Shown piece after piece: positions 10,478-19,818 of a stretch of 64,000 nt of DNA. How positions within the stretch are numbered: the stretch's first letter is position 1; each line of letters begins with the position of its first letter. The stretch covers positions 145,388 through 209,387 of the forward strand of contig CBESWG010000001.1 of NCBI GenBank assembly GCA_965533275.1, written 5' to 3'. Below the pieces are notes generated by a model. The model worked only from the letters and a program-made list of their open reading frames with translations. It was not told the origin of the DNA and made no database searches. The translations under genes were made by a program, and so were the position numbers. This DNA comes from an uncultured bacterium. GTDB lineage: Bacteria > Acidobacteriota > Aminicenantia > Aminicenantales > Aminicenantaceae.

Positions 10478-12532
10478 ATGAGACGTGCCGCTCCCTGGAA
10501 AATCCTGCTTTTTGCCATGGTGGTTTTCCCTCTCCTGCTCTCGGGCCAGGATGACAAGCCTGCATCCTTTGCACGAAAAACAGCAGAGGAACCCTTGATC
10601 GACGGAGTCTTGAACGAATCCATCTGGAGGAGGACCGAAGAAGCCAATCACCTGCTCGTCCTCCAGCCCGATCGCTTCTCTCCCGAGAAGGCTCAGACCT
10701 CGATCAAGGTGGTTTTCGACGATAAGCGGCTCTATGTGGGGATCATCTGCAGGGATGCGGAACCAGAACAGATCAAATCTGAGATCACCATCCGTGATGG
10801 CGACATCCGTGTAGACGACTCAGTGTACGTGCTCCTCGATCTGTTCGAGAACATCGAAAACTACTACTTTTACGCTACGAATCCTGCCGGGACACAGACG
10901 GACGGGCTTGTTCGGAAGGACGGCCAGCTTGTCAATCCGGAATGGAACGGGGACTGGGATGTGGGAGTGCAGCGGACGGACGAGGGGTGGACGGCAGAGT
11001 TTTCGATCAATCTCACGACGCTCATGTTCGAGCCGGTGGCGGGAGAAAATATTGGGATCAGCGTTTCGAGGATAGTCCCCCGGCTGGATACCAGTTTCTG
11101 GTCCGATCCCATGGAACCAGCTTTCAGGACAGAGGATCTGATGTTGATTGATAAGATATCGTTCGCGCTTGTCGATAAACTGGTCGAAGCGATTCCCTAT
11201 GCCATGGCCTTCCAAAAATCAGAGGGCGGGATAGAATTCCAGGCGGGAATTGACATCCCTATCAAGTTCTCTTCGAGTGTCATGGGCCATCTTACGATCA
11301 ATCCTGATTTTGTAACCTTCGAACCCGATTCCGAAAGAATCAACCTGACTCGATATGAGCTGTATCTGGATGAGCGCAGGGACTACCTGAGTGATGGAGT
11401 GGACCTGTTCGGACTCGAACAGGAAAAGCTTTTCTACTCAAAACGCCAGGGCGATCTGTACGGAGGTGCAAAATTTGACGGGACCTTCGGCGCCTTCCAG
11501 GTTTCTGCCATGAGCAACCAGGCCAAAGAGACCGAGAAAGCAGGGGACAAATCGACCAATTTCAGTGTGATGCGCATCAACAGCCGCCTGGGCGGCAATT
11601 CGTCTCTGGGGATCCTGGCCTCCAACAAGATGCTGGACGGAAAGAACTACGGTACTGCCGGGGTGGACGGATCTTTCGGTGTGACCCAAGAGTTCAGGAT
11701 CTCGGGTCAATTCGCCACCAGCTATGGGGACCATTCAGAGGACAATCTCACCTTTTCCTTGATCCCGAGCTATGATACCGAGACCTTCCATTTCCACGTC
11801 GGCTACATACAAGTAGGCAAGAACTTCGGAGAAAACGTCAACCATGTGGGGTATGTCTGGGATGATAACCGGAGGGAGATCGATTCCGTGCTGGAAAAAT
11901 CCTTCATCATGCAGAAATGGGGGATAGAGTACCTGAAATACATGTCTGCTTACAACATCTTTTGGGGAACGGATGGGACTCTTCGCAGCTGGGAGATCGA
12001 GCAGGGATTCGCACTCTTCAAACAGAACCGTTTCGAGATCAACTTCGTGCATACCGAGGAATACAAGCTGTTCGATCAAGAATACCGCAACCACCGCTCG
12101 CGTATTTTTCTCGGGCTGGATACGCGGGAGTGGCAGTTGTTTAATATCATCCTGACCATGGGGAAAAACTTTGGTGATGTCTTCCGGCTCGCAGAACTCA
12201 ACAAGCGTTTCATCGTCAGCCGTGAATTTTCCTTCGAGTACTCGCTGCAGTTCCTCCTCCTCCCTCAGCTAGGGGGCGGACGGGAAACCGAAAACGACTT
12301 CATGTATCACCTCTTGAAAGTGACACACAATTTCAACCAGAATCTCTACCTCAAGGGCTATCTCCAATACAGCGAGCAGATCAAGAAGACCAACTTCCAG
12401 GCCTTCCTTTTCTATCGCATTCGCCCCCCCGCAGGACTGATCCAGATCGGATTCCAGAAAGGCAATCCCTACCGAGGACTCCAGGACGACTGGCCCACTA
12501 CGCTGCTGGTAAAGTGCTCTTACGCGTTTTAG
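10478..12532 (+). CDS. Exported CBM9-like / DUF5916-type protein (probable outer-membrane beta-rich hydrolase-family protein)
   Basis: Signal peptide 'MRRAAPWKILLFAMVVFPLLLSG' at ATG 10478. The N-terminal 'PLIDGVLNESIWRR...IKVVFDDKRLYVGIIC' matches the CBM9/DOMON-like motif. The remainder is beta-strand rich and ends in F. Confidence 0.45.
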   Translation: MRRAAPWKILLFAMVVFPLLLSGQDDKPASFARKTAEEPLIDGVLNESIWRRTEEANHLLVLQPDRFSPEKAQTSIKVVFDDKRLYVGIICRDAEPEQIKSEITIRDGDIRVDDSVYVLLDLFENIENYYFYATNPAGTQTDGLVRKDGQLVNPEWNGDWDVGVQRTDEGWTAEFSINLTTLMFEPVAGENIGISVSRIVPRLDTSFWSDPMEPAFRTEDLMLIDKISFALVDKLVEAIPYAMAFQKSEGGIEFQAGIDIPIKFSSSVMGHLTINPDFVTFEPDSERINLTRYELYLDERRDYLSDGVDLFGLEQEKLFYSKRQGDLYGGAKFDGTFGAFQVSAMSNQAKETEKAGDKSTNFSVMRINSRLGGNSSLGILASNKMLDGKNYGTAGVDGSFGVTQEFRISGQFATSYGDHSEDNLTFSLIPSYDTETFHFHVGYIQVGKNFGENVNHVGYVWDDNRREIDSVLEKSFIMQKWGIEYLKYMSAYNIFWGTDGTLRSWEIEQGFALFKQNRFEINFVHTEEYKLFDQEYRNHRSRIFLGLDTREWQLFNIILTMGKNFGDVFRLAELNKRFIVSREFSFEYSLQFLLLPQLGGGRETENDFMYHLLKVTHNFNQNLYLKGYLQYSEQIKKTNFQAFLFYRIRPPAGLIQIGFQKGNPYRGLQDDWPTTLLVKCSYAF

Positions 12533-12725
12533 TCTACCTCGATCGAGTCCGACACGAACACCCACTGACCTCGCAAGGCGACAGCTGCCAGCGAAAGAGG
12601 ACACAGGATCAAGTGGAGTACGATTGCTTCCTCAAGGGGCTGCTGGCATGAGTATTGCATAGAAAACACCTGAGTTAATCTAGCCGACGGGGCAGTACAG
12701 TGCTATAATAACAGTTGGAATCCAG

Positions 12726-13991
12726 ATGGAAGGCAGCATGAAAAAGAAAAGAGCAATCTTGATCTATTTCGTGTTTCTGATGGGAGTCACTCTTGTCGCC
12801 CAACAGCAGTCCTTCATCGAACAGTCCCTGGTGGTCAATATCGAGGTCCCGGTTCGCGTTTTCGACGGCCCCAAGTTCGTCGCCGACCTGACGATCAAAG
12901 ATTTCGAGCTGCTCGAGAACGGAGTGGAGCAGAAGATCGAGGCCGTGTACTTGATCAGCGACCGCAGTATCGAAAGGAGCGATGAGAAGAAACGCTTTAT
13001 GCCGGACACAGAACGATCGTTCTATCTATTTTTTGAGATCGAGGTCTATACGCCGGAGCTCCAGCGTGCGATGCGGCTCTTTATTGACGAGGTCTATCTG
13101 CCCGGCGACAACCTGATAATAGTGACCCCGATCAAGACCTATCGCCTGAAACAGGATGCCACGGAGATCAAAAACGAGCAGGAGATCCTCGAGGAGATGC
13201 GGGGCTTTCTACGCAGGGATTCCCGTTCAGGAAACACGGAATTCCGCAACACGGTCGATGACCTCGAAGATCTGGCCCAGAACATCCAGTCAGATATTGA
13301 TCTCAAGAAAAATACCGGGGGTGCGTTGACCGAGGGCGAGTTGGAGTTATTGGACCGGGCGGATTCCCAGAGAGTCATCGAGTACGCCGGGCTCATGACA
13401 CGTCTCCAGACCATGAGACAGGCGGACGAGCTGAGGCTGCTCGATCTGGCTGATCATTTAAAGGGCCAGATGGGACAGAAATATGTGTTCATGTTCTGGG
13501 AAAGAAAATACATCCCCCAGGTCGAGCCCCAACTCATCAAGGAATACTTGGAGCTGTGGGAACAGGACCCCTATATGGAACAGACACTGTCGACGATCCT
13601 CGATGACCGTTTGATGTACAACACTCGCGAGACCTATCTGGATTTAGATCGGATCAAGAAAAAATTCGCTGACAGCTCCACGGCCATCCACTTCCTGCAG
13701 ATCAACCGTCCTCGAGCTAACCGCCGGGGGATCAAGTATTTCGAGAGGGCCGAGGACACCTACCACGCCTTCCGTGAGATCGTGGAGGCAACCGGAGGCT
13801 ACTCAGAGAGCTCACAGAATCCCGAATATCTGTTCAAGAATGCCCTGGACGCCTCGCGGAACTACTACCTGATCTATTATTCTCCCAAGGAACCCAAAGG
13901 AGACGGCGAGTTCAAGAACATCAAAGTGCGGATAAAAGGGGAGGAGCGGAAGCTCCGGATCCTGCACCGTGCCGGCTACTTCGATTATTAG
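12726..13991 (+). CDS. Secreted VWFA-related (TIGR03436-like) domain protein, paralog A
   Basis: Signal peptide. The N-terminal 'LVVNIEVPVRVFDGPKFVADLTIKDFELLENGVEQKI' resembles the N-terminal signature of the VWFA-related Acidobacterial domain family. The C-terminal 'YYLIYYSPKE...IKVRIKG' is shared with the downstream paralog. Confidence 0.45.
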   Translation: MEGSMKKKRAILIYFVFLMGVTLVAQQQSFIEQSLVVNIEVPVRVFDGPKFVADLTIKDFELLENGVEQKIEAVYLISDRSIERSDEKKRFMPDTERSFYLFFEIEVYTPELQRAMRLFIDEVYLPGDNLIIVTPIKTYRLKQDATEIKNEQEILEEMRGFLRRDSRSGNTEFRNTVDDLEDLAQNIQSDIDLKKNTGGALTEGELELLDRADSQRVIEYAGLMTRLQTMRQADELRLLDLADHLKGQMGQKYVFMFWERKYIPQVEPQLIKEYLELWEQDPYMEQTLSTILDDRLMYNTRETYLDLDRIKKKFADSSTAIHFLQINRPRANRRGIKYFERAEDTYHAFREIVEATGGYSESSQNPEYLFKNALDASRNYYLIYYSPKEPKGDGEFKNIKVRIKGEERKLRILHRAGYFDY

Positions 13992-14061
13992 TGTGGGGAT
14001 GCGGTTTCTTAACGCTCCCCAAATCAGATACAATGGCCCCAGGAATATAGAGGAGAAGACG

Positions 14062-15282
14062 ATGAAAAAAGCTGTGTTCATTATTTTGGCATTCCTTCTG
14101 AGTTTCAGTACTTTCGCGCAGGAGCAGCATGAGGTTTCTGTCATCAACATCGAAGTGCCCGTTCGTGTCATGAGCGGGGGAAATTTTGTGGATACACTCA
14201 GCGCCCAGGATTTCGAGATATTCGAGAACGGGGAGCCGCAGAAAGTAAGCGCATTTTATCTGGTCAAGAACACCACTCTTGAGAAACAGGAGGGTGCATC
14301 CTGGTCCACGCCCAACACCGCACGGCGATTCTACATGCTCTTCCAGTTCCTGGAATACAATCCCCAGATCAACGCGGCCTTTGACCATTTCTTCCAGAAT
14401 GTCATTCGGCCCAACGATACCCTTACGATCATGACACCCATGAAACGCTATGACCTGTCGCGTGAGGCCCTGCAGAGCCAACCTCCCGAAAAACTGTCCC
14501 GGGACCTGCAGACCGTGGTACGTAAAGATACCAAGATCGGTGCCGGCGACTATAACAGCCTCATGAACGACCTGAAGAAGATTGTACGCAGCATCTCCAG
14601 TCAGACCGGTGGAGTGGGAGGAATGGGGGGCGGGACCGAAGCTTCAGATACAGGGAGTGGATTTGGCATCGAGTTCCAGCTCCCGCGATACAAGGAAACG
14701 CTGACGAGGCTGGACGAACTCCGCTTGGTCAATGAGCAGAAATTCCTGGCCTTTGCAGGCCAGATGAAGCGCCTGGACGCCCAGAAGGTTGTCTTCTTTT
14801 TCTATCAGAGGGAATTCAGGCCGGAGATCGAAGGCCGCATACTCAACCTCTTGATGTCTCAGTACCAGGATCAACCCAATATCATGTCCGCCGTACAGGA
14901 CCTCTTCACGCTGTACAGCCGGGACACTGCCATGGACGTGGAGAGGCTGAGCCAGGCGTTCGCCGATTCGGCCACCATGTTCAATTTCATTTTTATGAAC
15001 AAAGAACCCGATAACGTGCGGGGGATTTCCATGCGGGAACAATCCGAAGATGTCTTCAACACCTTTATGGAAGTCGCTGCTGCCACTGGAGGCATTGTTG
15101 ACAACGCTCAGAATCCCGAGGCGGGATTTCGATCGGCTGCTAAAGCAGCCTCGGATTATTATCTCCTTTACTACAGCCCCGCAAACTACCAGAAAGACGG
15201 CACTTTTAAAAAGATCACCATAAAGATAAAGGGCCAAGAATATAAAGTCATTCATCGTTCGGGTTATTTCGCAACTGAATGA
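14062..15282 (+). CDS. Secreted VWFA-related (TIGR03436-like) domain protein, paralog B
   Basis: ATG 14062 is preceded by an 'aggagaag' RBS and gives a signal peptide 'MKKAVFIILAFLLSFSTFA'. 'VSVINIEVPVRVMSGGNFVDTLSAQDFEIFENGEPQKV' and 'YYLLYYSPANYQKDGTFKKITIKIKG' are colinear with paralog A. A Gly-rich insert (GGVGGMGGG) is unique to this copy. Confidence 0.45.
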   Translation: MKKAVFIILAFLLSFSTFAQEQHEVSVINIEVPVRVMSGGNFVDTLSAQDFEIFENGEPQKVSAFYLVKNTTLEKQEGASWSTPNTARRFYMLFQFLEYNPQINAAFDHFFQNVIRPNDTLTIMTPMKRYDLSREALQSQPPEKLSRDLQTVVRKDTKIGAGDYNSLMNDLKKIVRSISSQTGGVGGMGGGTEASDTGSGFGIEFQLPRYKETLTRLDELRLVNEQKFLAFAGQMKRLDAQKVVFFFYQREFRPEIEGRILNLLMSQYQDQPNIMSAVQDLFTLYSRDTAMDVERLSQAFADSATMFNFIFMNKEPDNVRGISMREQSEDVFNTFMEVAAATGGIVDNAQNPEAGFRSAAKAASDYYLLYYSPANYQKDGTFKKITIKIKGQEYKVIHRSGYFATE

Positions 15283-15305
15283 TCAGATAAATATCGTCCA
15301 CATAC

Positions 15306-15372
15306 GTTGACAAAGCAGCCGCAATATCCGATCATAGGAAATACAATAACTATAGGATAACTATACATAACG
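15306..15372 (+). promoter_or_regulatory. Putative sor promoter (TTGACA at 15306) followed by three tandem roughly 11-bp direct repeats ATAACTATAGG / ATAACTATACA / TAACGAGGAGG; candidate operator
   Basis: Read directly: TTGACA at 15306-15311, then an AT-rich stretch with 'ATAGGAAATACAATAACTATAGGATAACTATACATAAC' ending at the RBS GAGGAGGG, 6 nt before ATG 15385. Confidence 0.25.
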
Positions 15373-15384
15373 AGGAGGGACACA

Positions 15385-15780
15385 ATGACAGATTTGAACG
15401 GCCTATTCCAGACTGCAGATTGGACCCAGGAGAAACATGTGCCTGTGATCGATTCACCGGATGTCGTTAACAGCGGAGAGATAGTTGAGGTCAAGGTTAC
15501 CGTGGGAAAGGAGATATCCCATCCCAACACCACTCCGCATCATATCCGATGGATCACTGTGTTTTTTCATCCCGAGGGAAGCAAGTTTCCGTACCAGATA
15601 GGCAAAGCGGAATTTTCAGCACATGGGGAATCCGCCGAAGGTCCGGATACGAGTTCGGTGTACACACAGCATGAGGCTGTTTTGAGCTTCAAGACCGATG
15701 TGGCCGGTACCATCATCGCTGCCAGCCACTGCAACATACACGGGCTCTGGCAGGGATCTAAGAGTCTTTCCGTAGAGTAG
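15385..15780 (+). CDS. sor: Superoxide reductase, 1Fe (neelaredoxin-type)
   Basis: 131 aa with the 'EKHVPVI' motif, His ligands (HPNTTPHH) and 'CNIHGLW' Cys/His iron ligands characteristic of SOR. Confidence 0.85.
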   Translation: MTDLNGLFQTADWTQEKHVPVIDSPDVVNSGEIVEVKVTVGKEISHPNTTPHHIRWITVFFHPEGSKFPYQIGKAEFSAHGESAEGPDTSSVYTQHEAVLSFKTDVAGTIIAASHCNIHGLWQGSKSLSVE

Positions 15781-15832
15781 TAATGGGAGGGCATTCTCCC
15801 CACTCCCTCCGGTGACCTTTCTCCGAAGGGGA

Positions 15833-16834
15833 TTATCTTATCTCAGCTTCCTTTTCCGCTAACGGGAACAGGTCTTTGTCTTTCTTTATAATTTGCTCTG
15901 CGCCGTAGGTCGAGAGCAGGAACGGATATGCATTCTCGGAAGAAATAGCGGGATATTTGCCGCTATCACCTTCCTGTTTCGTGAAAATCTTAAGAGTGAA
16001 GTCCTTCGTGCCCTTGACTGTCACGCTGAATACAGGCTCCATACTCTGTTCAGGGGATTCATCTTCCAGGAACTCGTCGCAGCGGAGGTCAGAGAGCGCA
16101 GAGAGGATGCCATCGAGGACGGATTTTTCTCCCATTCGGCCATCGGCCAAGACCCAGGCTTCCTGTTCCCCGGGCGGTGGGGTAGTGGTGGCATTGTCCT
16201 GTTGCGCTACAGCCGTGTCTTCCTGAGCCGGAGGCAGCATGGTTTTCGTAAAGGTCATCGCCTCACCAGCCGTTGAGATGATTATCTCGCTGATCTCATT
16301 TTTATCAAAGCCCATCACGGTCTTGTAACGCAGATCATTTATCTCGAGCTCGAACCTGCTGCGGAAGGATCCCTTGGCATAATAGATCCGAGTGTCGTCC
16401 ATCATCCGGACGAATGTATGTCGATATGTCGAGGGTGTCTTACCGATGTCGAACTGCCGCAGCAGTTCATCCCCATGGAAAGCTTTGACCATGATCTTGC
16501 TGTCTTCATCCAGGTCATAACGCTGGAAATCCTGGCTTTCTGCGGCCAGATCGGTGAGCTGCAGTTCGGATATGGTTTTCAGCATATCCTGGATCTTGAC
16601 CGGGTCGGCCGGAAATTCCTGAGGATGTATCGTCCACACATCACCCTCACCGGACATAACCTGGGATCCATCCGCCTTTATTACTTCGATCCGGGTGATA
16701 TCCGCCTGATCAAAGGCCTTGAGACGGGGGACGGAATAGCTCATCTTGCTGCGCCCGGTTCCGAACAGCAGGTAGATGAGAAGAACGGCGATGATTCCCA
16801 ACAGGATCATGTATTCTTTTTTCTTTATTTTCAT
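15833..16834 (-). CDS. DUF4340-type membrane-anchored protein, partner of the GldG-like ABC auxiliary component
   Basis: N-terminal TM helix 'YMILLGIIAVLLIYLLF'. It lies immediately downstream of the GldG-like gene in the same operon, the typical DUF4340 context. Confidence 0.45.
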   Translation of the reverse strand: MKIKKKEYMILLGIIAVLLIYLLFGTGRSKMSYSVPRLKAFDQADITRIEVIKADGSQVMSGEGDVWTIHPQEFPADPVKIQDMLKTISELQLTDLAAESQDFQRYDLDEDSKIMVKAFHGDELLRQFDIGKTPSTYRHTFVRMMDDTRIYYAKGSFRSRFELEINDLRYKTVMGFDKNEISEIIISTAGEAMTFTKTMLPPAQEDTAVAQQDNATTTPPPGEQEAWVLADGRMGEKSVLDGILSALSDLRCDEFLEDESPEQSMEPVFSVTVKGTKDFTLKIFTKQEGDSGKYPAISSENAYPFLLSTYGAEQIIKKDKDLFPLAEKEAEIR

Positions 16835-16849
16835 GGTCTTGCTCCCTGA

Positions 16850-19099
16850 TCAGACCTTCCCGCCGCTGAACATGGCCTGAATGGTTTTGCGTCTGGCCTT
16901 GCGTCGGAACCACACATAGATACCACACAGCACGAGCAAGGCCGGCAGGCCGGCAATGTTCACGACCTTGACCAGGGTTCGTGTGAATGCTTTAGTATCT
17001 TTGAGGGGATTGAAGCGCTGATTCTTGCCACGCATGACCGCGATGTCCTCCTGGTCGTTGAGGAAGTCGATGGTATTGAGAAGGAAGACCGAATTGGGTG
17101 ACTGGCCCTGCTGGCCGAGGATGTTGTCGGTGAGGATCTCGCTCGATGAGATGAGGAAGATTCGGCCGGGACGGCCCTTGGTCAGGACGCCCTTTTCCCC
17201 AGTTATCTGTGATTCCACCCTCGCTGGTTCTTCTTCGGGTTTTTCCTCGGAAGTGGCTTCGTCCCCTATTTCCTCGCCGGCAAGATTGTCCGGTTCGTCG
17301 GATACGGGCTCGGGTTTGTCCGGGACCGGTCTGTCCGCAAAATAACTGGGGAATTCACCCTCGAGGAGATAGGCCAGAGCATGCTGAGATTTTTCGTCGG
17401 GATTCATGGGCGGGCGGATCATGAAGGGTGTCAGGTTGATCTGGCCCGCCATCTCCCAGGCATCTCCGGTGGTGGCCATCATCTGCGTGGCATCCAGACC
17501 GTTTTCGTTTAAACGTTCCTCATCCAGCACGACCGGGGAGACCCGGTACATGATGAGTTCCTTAACATTCGATAAAAAATCCAGGCGGTGGTTGATGTTC
17601 TCGTTTTTGATGATGGGGGCGAAGTAGATCGGAGTTTCGCCCATCTGCTGATCCCGGGAGACATAGCAGCTCTCATCCATCACATAGGATTTCCTGATGG
17701 ACGCACCATAGTGGTCCAGGAGTTTTTCGAGGCCTGTGTTGAGGGGGAGATAGGCCGGCTGCTGCATTCCGTACATCTGCTGTTGCTGCTGAGGGCGGAT
17801 TTCGTTGAAGGCATCCAGGAAAAGAGCCAGCGATTTCCCCTTCATCAGGAACTGGTCGATCTGGAGCAGCTCCCAGTCGCTGAAGCTCTGCTTGGGGCCT
17901 GCGATGATGAGGGTGTCCACACTCTCTGGGATCCCATTCTCAGTCATGTCTATCTGATTGATGGTGTAGCGTTCGCTGAGGAGGGCGTTGAATTGGGTGA
18001 GGGATCCGACCTGCTGCTGCATCATCTGCAGCTGAGGCGGGAGGTCACCGGCGAGGGCCTGGGTGCCGTGCGTCGAGAGATATCCGATCTCCTCGTGTAT
18101 ATTGATCAGGTTGTCCACGTTCTCTTCGATGAAGCTCTCGATCTGGGCGCCCTCAACGATCGCGAACTGATCCTGGAGCCCCTGGCTGGTCAGGTTCAGG
18201 CTGGAACTCAGGAGCTGCATCTCCACGGATTTACCTCCAAATTCCATGCCCAGCCCAAGATACCCGGAGCCGGCGGGACTGATGCTGCCGTCGGGGCGCG
18301 TGAATTCGGGCCATTGCAGGCCAAAGCGGCGGTAGGGTGCGAGCTCCTCTTCCGGCGGTTGCTGGAGAGAAGGGTCCATCGTAATGAATTCCAGTTGGCC
18401 GTATGTCTTGTCATTCTGGGCTTTGACGACCTCTGCTACGCGGTCCTTGAGCCCCTCCAGGCCCTCTAAGCCCACCTGAGGCGCAATCTCAGCAAGAGAC
18501 GAAGACTGGACCAGTTTGACGCGAATCTTCTCCGGGAGATTGAGCAGAGCAGAGATCTTGTTGTTCATTTTCTGTATGGTGCTGGTGATCTGGTATTCCA
18601 GCCCTTCGGTAGAGGTGAGGGCGGGAAGGCGTTCGATGATATCGCCGTGTACGAAGGCCATCCCCATATATGCCCGCTGGACCTTGGCCTCGTCCTGTTC
18701 GATCGTCTGGACATTGACAGGATAGATGCCGTAATCCTGGGCCATCTGGCGATTTTCCTCGGCTTCCTCGCTGAGTTCACTCTCCTTGGCGCTTACATTG
18801 AAGAAACGGTAGCTCAGGTTCTTCCGGGCATGCGCCCCATACTCGTCCAGGAGATCGTGCAGATAGCGTTCGATGTTGTTGTAGGGGGCGGGCAGGTTCT
18901 TCGAAAAGAACACATTGATGGTCATTGGTTCGTTGAGGGTCGATACTGCCCTCTTACTGGCCCTAGACAGGGAATAGAGTCCATTGGCCGTGAGGTCCAG
19001 GCGGAAAAAAAGATTCTGTCCGACCAGGATCACGAGGATCAGGATGACCAGATAGAGCCCGAAGGTAGTGAACTTTGTCATGTCTCTTTTCTTTTCCAT
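16850..19099 (-). CDS. GldG-like ABC-transporter auxiliary component (Gldg family)
   Basis: 749 aa with N- and C-terminal TM helices. It sits immediately downstream of the ABC-2 permease and ATPase in the conserved gldA-gldF-gldG order. Confidence 0.55.
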   Translation of the reverse strand: MEKKRDMTKFTTFGLYLVILILVILVGQNLFFRLDLTANGLYSLSRASKRAVSTLNEPMTINVFFSKNLPAPYNNIERYLHDLLDEYGAHARKNLSYRFFNVSAKESELSEEAEENRQMAQDYGIYPVNVQTIEQDEAKVQRAYMGMAFVHGDIIERLPALTSTEGLEYQITSTIQKMNNKISALLNLPEKIRVKLVQSSSLAEIAPQVGLEGLEGLKDRVAEVVKAQNDKTYGQLEFITMDPSLQQPPEEELAPYRRFGLQWPEFTRPDGSISPAGSGYLGLGMEFGGKSVEMQLLSSSLNLTSQGLQDQFAIVEGAQIESFIEENVDNLINIHEEIGYLSTHGTQALAGDLPPQLQMMQQQVGSLTQFNALLSERYTINQIDMTENGIPESVDTLIIAGPKQSFSDWELLQIDQFLMKGKSLALFLDAFNEIRPQQQQQMYGMQQPAYLPLNTGLEKLLDHYGASIRKSYVMDESCYVSRDQQMGETPIYFAPIIKNENINHRLDFLSNVKELIMYRVSPVVLDEERLNENGLDATQMMATTGDAWEMAGQINLTPFMIRPPMNPDEKSQHALAYLLEGEFPSYFADRPVPDKPEPVSDEPDNLAGEEIGDEATSEEKPEEEPARVESQITGEKGVLTKGRPGRIFLISSSEILTDNILGQQGQSPNSVFLLNTIDFLNDQEDIAVMRGKNQRFNPLKDTKAFTRTLVKVVNIAGLPALLVLCGIYVWFRRKARRKTIQAMFSGGKV

Positions 19100-19108
19100 G
19101 AGGATCTC

Positions 19109-19816
19109 CTATTTTTTCTCCTGCATGACCAGGTGGGTCGTGAACAGAGTAACGAATGTGAGGGCCAGGAAATACAAAATGTTCCGGGAGTCCAGTACAC
19201 CCTTTGCTATGCTCTGGAAATGGAAGTTGGCACTCAGGTACTGAAACAATCCTACAAGCCAGCTCGGAAGGAAAAAGAGGACAAAATCCATGAGCATGGT
19301 GAGGCTAAAACAGATGGCGACGGCAATGATGAACGCGACCACTTGATTGCGTGTTAAGGAAGAGGCCAACAGACCGATCGCGCTGAAAGCCGCGCCCAGC
19401 AGGAGTGCTCCAAAGTATCCTCCTATAACCGGCCCCCAATCGAGATCTCCCAGCAGGCTAGTGGTCACGGCATACACAAGAGTCGGGGAGAGCATGAGGG
19501 CCACGAAGGCGACTGCGGCCAGGAATTTTCCCAGGATGATGTCTCTGTATGTCACCGGCAGGGTAATCAGCAGCTCAAAGGAGCCTACATTGATCTCCTC
19601 GGAAAAGAGCCGCATGGTCACCGCCGGGATCACAAAAGCAAATGTTATGGGCAGCAGGGAAAAAAAGCGTGTGAGGCTGGCCTGACGTTCCAGAAAAAAT
19701 GTGGAATAGAAGAGCCAGCCGATGATGACCAGGAAAACGGAGATCACGATGTAGGCGATGGGTGAAACGAAATACGCCCTGAATTCCTTCTTGAAGATGT
19801 GTTTCGTGTTTTGCAT
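19109..19816 (-). CDS. ABC-2 family transporter permease (GldF-like)
   Basis: Six predicted TM segments. The start is placed at ATG 19816 ('MQNTKHIF'), 2 nt after the upstream ATPase stop. Confidence 0.6.
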   Translation of the reverse strand: MQNTKHIFKKEFRAYFVSPIAYIVISVFLVIIGWLFYSTFFLERQASLTRFFSLLPITFAFVIPAVTMRLFSEEINVGSFELLITLPVTYRDIILGKFLAAVAFVALMLSPTLVYAVTTSLLGDLDWGPVIGGYFGALLLGAAFSAIGLLASSLTRNQVVAFIIAVAICFSLTMLMDFVLFFLPSWLVGLFQYLSANFHFQSIAKGVLDSRNILYFLALTFVTLFTTHLVMQEKK

Positions 19817-19818
19817 GG

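Noticed and set aside
9247-10647. 466-aa ORF on the minus strand opposite rho
   Set aside because: It lies entirely antisense to the well-supported rho CDS. Its composition is Arg/Ser/Gly-rich, typical of spurious antisense frames in GC-rich genes, with no recognisable motif.
15781-15832. Bidirectional terminator between sor and the convergent DUF4340 gene
   Set aside because: GGGAG...CTCCC and CCTT...AAGG inverted repeats are present, but the stems are short with large loops and no U-tract. The evidence is not strong enough to call a terminator.
17588-18469. 293-aa plus-strand ORF inside the GldG-like gene
   Set aside because: It is antisense to a CDS that has clear family context, shows no domain signature and has a biased His/Leu-rich composition.
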